Positions 55,420-62,806 of a stretch of DNA of 64,000 bases are shown here, piece by piece. Location: IMG/VR virus record IMGVR_UViG_3300036982_000927, positions 1 through 64,000 of that record; one strand, 5' to 3'. Each line of letters begins with the position of its first letter. Within the stretch, counting starts at the first letter, position 1. Source of the DNA: a virus. Taxonomy: Duplodnaviria > Caudoviricetes. The notes beneath the pieces are model-generated. The model had not been told where the DNA came from and searched no databases. It saw only the letters and a list, made by a program, of their open reading frames with translations. The translations under genes and the position numbers were made by a program.

Positions 55420-55495
55420 TGGGCGCGGGGGCTGGACTCGAACCAGCGACCTTCGCGTTATGAGCGCGACGCGCTACCAACTGCGCCACCCCGCG
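55420..55495 (-). tRNA. tRNA with CAT anticodon (fMet-like body, identity ambiguous)
   Basis: Canonical cloverleaf CGCGGGG/CCCCGCG, ctCATaa loop, GGTTCGAGTCC T-arm, encoded CCA. Confidence 0.9.
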
Positions 55496-55502
55496 TTAAG
55501 CT

Positions 55503-55568
55503 GCGCGGCCCGGGTTTCCGGGAACTCTTTGCCTTTGTATCGGCTTGCCGCTGCTTGGGCTACCGCGC
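55503..55568 (-). ncRNA. Degenerate tRNA-like element upstream of tRNA-CAT
   Basis: GCGCGGT/GCCGCGC closing stem, GCC/GGC arms, CCGG-AAAC-CCGG arm; no CCA. Confidence 0.4.
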
Positions 55569-55611
55569 GCTTTCTCAAACACAGTGTTTCACCGCACGTT
55601 GAAAGACCACC

Positions 55612-55648
55612 AAAAAATGAAAGCCGGCGGGGTTGTTACCACGCCGGC
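55612..55648 (-). terminator. Rho-independent terminator after the resolvase
   Basis: GCCGGCG...CGCCGGC followed by TTTCATTTTTT. Confidence 0.8.
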
Positions 55649-55684
55649 AAAGCAAACAATAAAAGTCGTTTAAACGCTGTTCGG

Positions 55685-56386
55685 TTAGTTCGGGCGCATG
55701 GCAGCCTCCTTTCCGCCCCGGGCGTTCCCAAGCACCAACCCCACGGCGTTGAAGGTCCAGGGCTTTCCGTTCCGTTTAGAAAATCCTTCGTCGTTCAGCA
55801 CGTCTGCCATCTGACGAAGGGTCATTGTTCCGCGCAGGCTAAGCATGAGGTCAAGCACCGGACCTTCGCCGGCCAGCGTGCCGTAAGACACGTTGCCCCC
55901 GCACCAACCCTTCGCGGCCTTCACGCGCTCTCGGGCGACACGAAGCTTGCGAACGAGGTTGGATTTCTCCCATTCGGCCAATGCGCCAATCACCTGCCGG
56001 ATCAATTTGCGCGTAGGGTCCTTGTCCCCGCCCACCAGGTCCACGAGGCCCTGATCCGTCGCAAAAAGTTTGATCTGACGCTTCGCCAATTCGCGAATCA
56101 GAACCTCCTGCACCATCAGGTCGCGGGCCAGCCGATCGAGGCGCTCAATCACCACGAACTGAATCCGGCGATCCGCGTTGCCATCAATGTATTCGAGCAG
56201 CCTTGCGAATTCCGGGCGGTCCAGGCCGTCTATCGTGCCCGACACGGCCTCAGAAAACATGGTATCCAACACGAGTTCAGAATTCGCCGACACAAAGGCC
56301 AAGATGGCGTTGCGCTGGCGTTCCGGCCCGTCGCCGTCAAGCTGACCCGTGCTGGAAACCCGAATGTAGCCAAGGGTATTGTTCAC
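55685..56386 (-). CDS. Small serine recombinase (resolvase) with C-terminal recombinase DNA-binding segment
   Basis: GYIRVSSTGQ (catalytic Ser), VSG, RPEF, ERLDRLAR, LRQMADVLNDEG...GKPW; GTG start inferred from promoter position. Confidence 0.9.
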   Translation of the reverse strand: MNNTLGYIRVSSTGQLDGDGPERQRNAILAFVSANSELVLDTMFSEAVSGTIDGLDRPEFARLLEYIDGNADRRIQFVVIERLDRLARDLMVQEVLIRELAKRQIKLFATDQGLVDLVGGDKDPTRKLIRQVIGALAEWEKSNLVRKLRVARERVKAAKGWCGGNVSYGTLAGEGPVLDLMLSLRGTMTLRQMADVLNDEGFSKRNGKPWTFNAVGLVLGNARGGKEAAMRPN

Positions 56387-56392
56387 ACCCAT

Positions 56393-56435
56393 AAACTAGC
56401 ACAGCCCCGCGTCGGCGTCAACCAACGGGGGCTGT
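56393..56435 (-). promoter_or_regulatory. Resolvase promoter inside an inverted repeat
   Basis: TTGACG-17-TAGTTT; the -35 hexamer is the loop of a 14-bp inverted repeat (56401-56435). Confidence 0.65.
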
Positions 56436-56459
56436 TTAAAGGACTCCTAATCCGCAGGA

Positions 56460-57104
56460 TTACGGGTAATCGAGAGGGATGCCCGGCACACTCCCAATGT
56501 CCCACGGGGCTTCCTCATTCGAGTAGGTCCACAAAGACAACGGAGCGCCGGAAACATCACAAAAGCGCATCCGGTAGCTAACACTGTTCAAAGGGGTGAC
56601 CGGAAGCACGTTCTGTCCCTGATGCGGAGAGCCATCAATAGGGCAGTAAAACCGCTGACCCGTGCCGCTCGGCATCCGGCCCCCGATGGAGCGGATGCAA
56701 ATCTCAACTTCAATTTGGGTAGCACCGGCGGGCTGCTGAGCCCACGTATTCACGTCAAGATGCAGCCGCCAATCCAGAAAGGCCCCATCATAGTTCGTCG
56801 CGTAGAACAAACTCCAGAAACAAGTCGGTCCCACGTGGGTTGTGCCCAGCAAGGTAAACATGGCGATCATGATCTCATAGGCAGGCCGCGCCTGGAGTTT
56901 CTCCATCGTTGGGTAATATGCGCTGTGCTGGTCAAGCCCGGAGCGCAGCCAGATCGCCTGAAGGACCGGGAGAAGGTTTTCGTAAATTCCCTGATCGCCC
57001 AGCATGCAGCGTTCATTCACCGGCTGTCCCGCGTGCCATTTCATAGCCGCCGTGTAGAAGTTCTGAAGAACAGTAACGTCGTTTAAATAGTCAAGTAAGT
57101 TCAT
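56460..57104 (-). CDS. Hypothetical protein
   Basis: 214 aa ORF in the accessory block. Confidence 0.7.
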   Translation of the reverse strand: MNLLDYLNDVTVLQNFYTAAMKWHAGQPVNERCMLGDQGIYENLLPVLQAIWLRSGLDQHSAYYPTMEKLQARPAYEIMIAMFTLLGTTHVGPTCFWSLFYATNYDGAFLDWRLHLDVNTWAQQPAGATQIEVEICIRSIGGRMPSGTGQRFYCPIDGSPHQGQNVLPVTPLNSVSYRMRFCDVSGAPLSLWTYSNEEAPWDIGSVPGIPLDYP

Positions 57105-57134
57105 AAGTTTTGTTGTTGTGGCCTGTTGGCCGAG

Positions 57135-58292
57135 TTAATCCTGCACTAAAAGTAAAATCGCCTCCGTATCTATACGATTGGCTACCGGCGCCGCGCCAGG
57201 GATCACGGCAATTTTACATTTTGCTCGGGCGGGGAGTTGACGATAGACCAGGTCTTGCGTCGCGTTTTGTCCAGAGGACAAGAGCATGTTCGACTTTACC
57301 AAATACCGGAAGTTCAAACCGTTGCAAAAAGACACCGTAGTAGCACGAAGTCGGGCATCCATCGTAGTCCCCACTGAGTATGCCGACCATCCCATAAGGT
57401 AAGCCTTGTAGTTGTCAGGCACCATAAACCGCGCCGAGCGAGAGCGATTGCTGTTTGTGTTGATTCGTTCGTGAACTACGCCAGTCCCCGTAACCCGTAA
57501 GTCAACGTTTCCAGCGGCTCCCTCAAGCACGCCCCCCGTCACGGCTTCCATGCAATACACAAAAAGCATGCGTTCAGCAACGGTTATCGGGGTGACGCCG
57601 TTCAAGTCATAATCCACAAAAGCCAAGACATACGACGTGTTTAAATAGGAAATCCGAACACGGCGAAGCCCCGAGCCTAACACGGTGTCATTGGCACTAC
57701 TGGAAACCAGTTGGAGCGCTTCCACACCGGTCAACTCGGTAAACAAATCCAAAGACGTGCCGAGATACTCTCCCACGTCCTGTTGAACCGACGTGGAATT
57801 GAACCCCGCCCGCCGACCGTGCATCCGATAAATAAAAGCTGCCTTATTAGCGCCAGTCTCCCGATACAACCCCTCATGGGCTACCTCAAATTCAAAAGGA
57901 ACCGCCATTGAATTCAAATGGCCACAAACGGTGAAATCCAATCCGGCCACGCCCACCGTTCCGGTAACGCTCTGCGTTGCGGGAAAATTAGACACTGCCA
58001 CCGTCCCATTCACGGTCTGGTTCGCTGGAAAATTGATCACCGCTACCGCGCCGCTCACCGGTTGCGTCAGTGGCATGTTATCAACCAGAACATGTGGCTG
58101 CCCAACCACATTGACCGGCTGCGTGCCGTCGAAATCAATGGCCAGCGGCGTGTTAGTGACCGTCACATTGGATGCTGGAACTCCGGGAGAAACCGCCGCG
58201 CTGAGGTTTAGCCGACGCAAAATCTTCATCAGCAAACTGCGCTCGTTGTCGCGGTCAGCAACCTGAGTGGTATTAGGAATAATATTGGCCAT
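57135..58292 (-). CDS. Putative virion appendage/decoration protein
   Basis: Repeated V..FPA.Q.V.GTV segments; N-terminus shared with 59010-59642. Confidence 0.55.
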   Translation of the reverse strand: MANIIPNTTQVADRDNERSLLMKILRRLNLSAAVSPGVPASNVTVTNTPLAIDFDGTQPVNVVGQPHVLVDNMPLTQPVSGAVAVINFPANQTVNGTVAVSNFPATQSVTGTVGVAGLDFTVCGHLNSMAVPFEFEVAHEGLYRETGANKAAFIYRMHGRRAGFNSTSVQQDVGEYLGTSLDLFTELTGVEALQLVSSSANDTVLGSGLRRVRISYLNTSYVLAFVDYDLNGVTPITVAERMLFVYCMEAVTGGVLEGAAGNVDLRVTGTGVVHERINTNSNRSRSARFMVPDNYKAYLMGWSAYSVGTTMDARLRATTVSFCNGLNFRYLVKSNMLLSSGQNATQDLVYRQLPARAKCKIAVIPGAAPVANRIDTEAILLLVQD

Positions 58293-58297
58293 AATGG

Positions 58298-59008
58298 CTA
58301 CTGATTACCCATAAAGAGCGAATTGCCCGCCGTCCAACGCCGGGCTAGATAACGGCGAATCCGATCACGCTCCGCCCGCTGATGCGCTTCGGCGAAAAGA
58401 ATGGCTTCGCCCCATTCGATGTTCCCGGCATTTCCAGCGTTTCCCCGGGCGCCAAGAGTAAAGCCGCCAGGATTGGTCGCGCCAACGGCGGAAACCGGAT
58501 AATACCGGTCCGCATCAAGCGAACACTGATGCGCCGAATCAAACACCGCCGCGATAACGGAAGTGGTTCCCGGCAGAAGATCATAGGCATCCGAAACAGA
58601 AACATCCGTCCCCGCCGACATGGATAGCCGGTTCAGCGCTGTCATGTAAATTCCGCAGGAATTACTGGTGTTGCCATCGAAAATTCGGTCAAAGGCCGTC
58701 ACGGAAATGATCCGGTAAGCCATATAGACCGTGAGAGGTTGAACCTGCCCAGCAATCGCGACCTTCAATAAATCATTCGACCCGTCGAATACAATCACTG
58801 ACTTCCCATGAACCCCGGGAGTGCCAACCAACGTTGGCTGTGACGCGGCAACTGCCTGCGCCAGGTCATACCCATTTCCAGACCGGTCAGCTACCAAAGA
58901 CACTGCGCCCAGCGCGGAAGTCACCCCGAAATCAGAGGACCACCACGCAACCAGATTCGGCAGCCCCAAGGGGGACAACGGAGCGGGTTGTCGGTGAAGC
59001 GGAATCAT
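58298..59008 (-). CDS. ConA-like (LamG) lectin-domain protein
   Basis: PNLVAWW..D.GV...DRSGNG..L.Q....QPT...FDG.ND.L pattern. Confidence 0.65.
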   Translation of the reverse strand: MIPLHRQPAPLSPLGLPNLVAWWSSDFGVTSALGAVSLVADRSGNGYDLAQAVAASQPTLVGTPGVHGKSVIVFDGSNDLLKVAIAGQVQPLTVYMAYRIISVTAFDRIFDGNTSNSCGIYMTALNRLSMSAGTDVSVSDAYDLLPGTTSVIAAVFDSAHQCSLDADRYYPVSAVGATNPGGFTLGARGNAGNAGNIEWGEAILFAEAHQRAERDRIRRYLARRWTAGNSLFMGNQ

Positions 59009-59009
59009 G

Positions 59010-59642
59010 CTAACACTGATCTGCGGTCAGTTCGATGAAAAACTTCTCGGACGTGCCCGGCGTATAAACCTGCTTCGCGGTAAGCACCCCATAGAGGTCT
59101 TGAGTCCCGAGAGCGCAGGTGAACGCCAGGTTGATGTTCGTCACCAGGGAATCCGACGCATCACTGCCAGTTCCCTCGGTGCCCACGGCAAAGTCAACGT
59201 AGCCGACCGTCACGTCGCGGTAAACGTAGAGGTCTTGGAAGGCCGCGTTGTCCGGAATGAGATTGGGGGGAACATTGAACAGCCAAAGCCGAAAATGCGC
59301 CAGCGTAGTCGTGGGCGTGCTCTTAACCAGACGGGCGTTTGTGATGTAGCCCGTCCCATTAGCAATGCGCGCCAGATTACGGAAAATCAGAATAGTGCCG
59401 GCGGAGTCACTTACCACGTCAGATATGGCAAACTGATTAGAGTTGGCGGGACGCGCGAACTCCACCGCCGACTTCACCAGCGACCCATGCACGAGTTGAT
59501 TATCCGTTGGCTCCGTCTTTGACCGAAGTTCTGGAAGCAGCCCCGTGCTCGCGTCAGTGAGGCCCGTAAGAATCTTTGCCAGCAAACTGCGCTCATTGTC
59601 ACAGTCCGCCAGTTTCGTGTTATGAAGGATGATATCTGCCAT
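59010..59642 (-). CDS. Putative virion appendage/decoration protein
   Basis: Beta-rich; N-terminus shared with 57135-58292. Confidence 0.55.
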   Translation of the reverse strand: MADIILHNTKLADCDNERSLLAKILTGLTDASTGLLPELRSKTEPTDNQLVHGSLVKSAVEFARPANSNQFAISDVVSDSAGTILIFRNLARIANGTGYITNARLVKSTPTTTLAHFRLWLFNVPPNLIPDNAAFQDLYVYRDVTVGYVDFAVGTEGTGSDASDSLVTNINLAFTCALGTQDLYGVLTAKQVYTPGTSEKFFIELTADQC

Positions 59643-59675
59643 ACGCCGGGCAAGTGTTTGGCCGCCCCGCGAATG

Positions 59676-60356
59676 TCAACGGAAAAAGAAGTCCAGGTGA
59701 CCTTCCCGCGCGGCGGCGATAACGTCGCATACCGGGATAAAGAAGGCCGTGAGATATTGGGGGTGAACCCCGACCAAAACGCCGACAAAATACCCGCGTT
59801 CATCGAACACCCCGCCGCCGGAGCACCCCGGCATGGCGTGCAGCGTAGCGGCCTCCAGCGGATTCTTCCAGGGCCACTCACTGTCCGGCGCCTTGACTCC
59901 GTTTTGAATCATCCGACCTTCGGAATAGCCGCCCTTGATAAAGTCCCCAAGCATGTTGCCGACGTGGACAACCACCGTTCCGGGCGCCAGCCGGTTCGTG
60001 TTGCTGATGTGGCAATAACGCGGCCAGGTAGGAAACGCCTCCACTTCGAGAAAAGCAATGTCGCGCTCGCGGTTGACCGCCAACACTTTGACCGGAAACT
60101 CACGGCCTTGAATTTCCACTCTCAGGGTGATGGTCTCCCCGTCCAGAACGCAGTGCCCGGCGGTGATCACCACTACCCGGCTTCCGCAACGCCAAATGGT
60201 GCCCGACCCGGACCCGAGGCTGTTCGTTTGCAATTCCAAAATCCGAACCCAGGCCGTGACCGATTGAACGTAGCCGGCGCGACTGATAGGCGGCGAAGCC
60301 GGCGCCGGACGTGGAATGGCGGCAACCAACAGCGCGCCGGCTATCACCGAAGCCAA
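59676..60356 (-). CDS. Trypsin-like serine protease with hydrophobic N-terminus
   Basis: ITAGHCV (His), DIAFL (Asp), GCSGGGV (Ser); start codon uncertain. Confidence 0.8.
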   Translation of the reverse strand: MASVIAGALLVAAIPRPAPASPPISRAGYVQSVTAWVRILELQTNSLGSGSGTIWRCGSRVVVITAGHCVLDGETITLRVEIQGREFPVKVLAVNRERDIAFLEVEAFPTWPRYCHISNTNRLAPGTVVVHVGNMLGDFIKGGYSEGRMIQNGVKAPDSEWPWKNPLEAATLHAMPGCSGGGVFDERGYFVGVLVGVHPQYLTAFFIPVCDVIAAAREGHLDFFFR

Positions 60357-60386
60357 AAAAAACCAGTGCTCTCTTAAAAAGCGCGT

Positions 60387-61052
60387 TCATTCTCCGTTCC
60401 TCGCGCCTTTGGGTTGCGCATCATTGTCAAGGGTGACCTTGAAAAGCGCGCCGGAAGCGCAATGGAAAACCACCAGGCCCTCTGGGTTGTCATACCCGGG
60501 CATCGCCAGGCTGCCTTGCTTACGCAAACGGTCGAGGCAATCGTTTACGCAGGTGGTGCTGAAAACTCCCCGACTGAGCACCGGCACGACTTCACAACAG
60601 GCCGGCGGAGCGACGAACTCGGGCGGAACATAAGGCTCCGCGAGCGCTCCCCGCTGAGCCGCGCGCGCAAACTTCATATCTTCGGCTTCCTCCCACACAC
60701 TACGCGTCCAGAGGGAGACGTTAAAAAGACTGAAGTGCCGCTCGCCGTTCTTGCATCCATACCCCCGTTGAATGCCGCTGCCCCACCACTCGCCATAGTG
60801 CCGGCCCACGCCGAGCCCCAGCAACTCGTCCTTGTGCTCGGTGACCCAATGACAAAATCCGAAGTTGTCGCCTTCCTCCGTGAGCCACCGATTACGGCTG
60901 CCCGCCAGAATCACTCCGCTGGGAAGCACGGAAACACAAGCGTTAGTTCCGTCAATCTTTTCCGTGATGATGGTGTTCCGAAACAACCGGAATATCTTCG
61001 GGAAGGGCCTAAATTCGGCCAACTCTTTTTCTTTCGTGGGGTCCATGATCAT
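60387..61052 (-). CDS. RNA ligase (Rnl2-like adenylyltransferase core)
   Basis: EKIDGTN (motif I KxDG), YGEW, FSLFNV, EGLVV, FK. Confidence 0.8.
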   Translation of the reverse strand: MIMDPTKEKELAEFRPFPKIFRLFRNTIITEKIDGTNACVSVLPSGVILAGSRNRWLTEEGDNFGFCHWVTEHKDELLGLGVGRHYGEWWGSGIQRGYGCKNGERHFSLFNVSLWTRSVWEEAEDMKFARAAQRGALAEPYVPPEFVAPPACCEVVPVLSRGVFSTTCVNDCLDRLRKQGSLAMPGYDNPEGLVVFHCASGALFKVTLDNDAQPKGARNGE

Positions 61053-61231
61053 AATTTTTTCCAATCTTCACCATACTCTTTGTCAAGCGCCTCTAATGAG
61101 GCGTTTACACGACGAAGTTCACACGCGAACCGGCCAGCCAACTCCCGCAACCTCCGCTGGTCGCGGTTGCCCCCGCGCTTGACTTTGTCGTGTTCGCAAC
61201 AAAGCCAGGCCAGCGTCGGGTTGCCTTTCAC
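61049..61231 (-). CDS. Small hypothetical protein
   Basis: 60 aa, overlaps both neighbours. Confidence 0.5.
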   Translation of the reverse strand: MKGNPTLAWLCCEHDKVKRGGNRDQRRLRELAGRFACELRRVNASLEALDKEYGEDWKKL

Positions 61232-61437
61232 TTCAGGTCCACGGTAAGATCGTTATCGTCGGGATCGGCGAATCTGCCTTCGGTAGTATGGACGAGCAGC
61301 GGAGGCCGGGCCGACTTGAAGACGATCCGGCAGACCGCCAGGCCGCCGTTGCAAGGGGGCCGGGATTCGACGGATTGCACGTCGTTGGCGTCGAGGGTTA
61401 CCGTCTTCCAATCAGTAGTGTAGCAGGTCTTGGTCAT
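61228..61437 (-). CDS. Small hypothetical protein, tandem paralog B
   Basis: MTKTCYTTDWKT...TVDLK aligns with 61434-61649. Confidence 0.7.
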   Translation of the reverse strand: MTKTCYTTDWKTVTLDANDVQSVESRPPCNGGLAVCRIVFKSARPPLLVHTTEGRFADPDDNDLTVDLK

Positions 61438-61649
61438 AAGTAAGCCTTCAATTCAACCGTAATGTCTTCCTCCTTGCCGAGAAAAGCTTCCTTGGTGGTG
61501 TAAACGAACACGTGGGGCTTTCCCTCGCCGAAGATGATCTTGAGAATTGGAAGTCCCTCTTTGGTGACGCCCCGGTCGTGAACGCTTTTGACTTTCAGGG
61601 TATCCACGAGAGCGGTTTTCAAGTCAACGGTTGTGCAGATTTTGGTCAT
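61434..61649 (-). CDS. Small hypothetical protein, tandem paralog A
   Basis: MTKICTTVDLKT...TVELK. Confidence 0.7.
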   Translation of the reverse strand: MTKICTTVDLKTALVDTLKVKSVHDRGVTKEGLPILKIIFGEGKPHVFVYTTKEAFLGKEEDITVELKAYL

Positions 61650-61661
61650 AAGTCGCAAAGG

Positions 61662-61712
61662 AAAGTGCCACCATTTCAAGTTTCCGCAAGGATGATTCGG
61701 CTGTGTTTAAAC
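61662..61712 (-). promoter_or_regulatory. Promoter with upstream GTTTAAAC
   Basis: TTGCGG-16-CACTTT with TGg extension; GTTTAAAC at 61705-61712. Confidence 0.45.
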
Positions 61713-62366
61713 GAACGTTTTGAAAGGTTCGTTGCTCCCAATCGTCGCGAGGCTCCCGTGGTTGTCGTGAAACCCGAAACTCTGCTTCGCAGACCACCCC
61801 GGGTAGTCTTCCAGCGCCAGGTCAATGCTCCACCGCAGGGCAAGCGGGACCGAGGCAAACCGGCAGCCGGCCCGCTTGAAGTCGCGAAAATGGTTGTGGC
61901 CAATGTGCCAGTCCTCCGTAACGTCCCCCACCAGGGGAATTCGCTGGCAGGTTTGCAGCAGCTTTCTCGATCGCAGGCAGAACCCGCCCGAGCCCACCCG
62001 GCCAACGCCGCCGGTGAGGCCCACCGGAAAAGGGGCGCCTACATAGTCATATTTGAGGAATTCATCGGTCCAGTGTTCGGGGTGCTGCGCAAACCCATCA
62101 GCATGGATGGTGACGGCGAAGTCCGTGGTAATAAGGTCCGCTAATTTCTCATAGACGAACCGGTTATACCGCCAGTAATCTCTGGACTCGAAAACTTCAT
62201 CGTGAAGCCAGTCAACTTCGTCCGGCAGTGCCTCGGGCTTCGACCCGGAGATCAAGAGTTGCCGGACGGGGAACGGGAAGCACGCGGCGGATTCGCTGAG
62301 CCGTTTCAAGTGTTCGCCGATTCGACTGAACGTCGTTGCTACCAGCGTTATGGTGGGATTGCTCAC
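61707..62366 (-). CDS. DUF5672-like (glycosyltransferase-like) protein
   Basis: HADGF...W..EFL.YDYVGAP...VGSGGFCLRSRKLL...ED; GTG start after GAGGAG. Confidence 0.7.
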   Translation of the reverse strand: MSNPTITLVATTFSRIGEHLKRLSESAACFPFPVRQLLISGSKPEALPDEVDWLHDEVFESRDYWRYNRFVYEKLADLITTDFAVTIHADGFAQHPEHWTDEFLKYDYVGAPFPVGLTGGVGRVGSGGFCLRSRKLLQTCQRIPLVGDVTEDWHIGHNHFRDFKRAGCRFASVPLALRWSIDLALEDYPGWSAKQSFGFHDNHGSLATIGSNEPFKTFV

Positions 62367-62457
62367 GCCGACAAAGTGCTCCTCGCGGCGCCTTCTGGCA
62401 AGCCCGCTTCCGATGCGTTTACACGCTGGCCCCTTTGACCAGGTTGTCCTTCGCCCA

Positions 62458-62498
62458 AACATAACACAAATGCCAGGATTGTCAAACCGTGTTTAAAC
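62458..62498 (-). promoter_or_regulatory. Promoter with upstream GTTTAAAC
   Basis: TTGACA-16-TATGTT with TG extension; GTTTAAAC at 62491-62498. Confidence 0.6.
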
Positions 62499-62806
62499 AG
62501 TAACATAAGTCCTTCGATGTCAGGCACTTAGGTCACGAGAGTCTGGCTAAGCGGCTCTCCCCCCGCGCCGGCCCCCCGTGCCGGGGGTGGCGGTGCCGGC
62601 CTGGCGCCGGCCTGGCTTTAACGTCAATGCCGATGCGGCGGGCCGCAGGGCCGCCAGCACGACCTGGCGGCGGGCCGGGCGGTCCAAGCCCTGTCAGCCA
62701 TGCTAAAGCACCGCTGCCTGTCTTTAACGATATCGCTTATCTTCAACGCTCACGTTATAAAGTTCCCTTGCGCGTTCGCGAGCGCCCGACCTCGATCTCG
62801 CTTACA

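Noticed and set aside
55685-56386. Resolvase as a prophage integrase or IS607 transposase
   Set aside because: Too short for a large serine integrase, lacks the N-terminal MerR-type HTH and an adjacent tnpB, and no host genes or att duplication are visible
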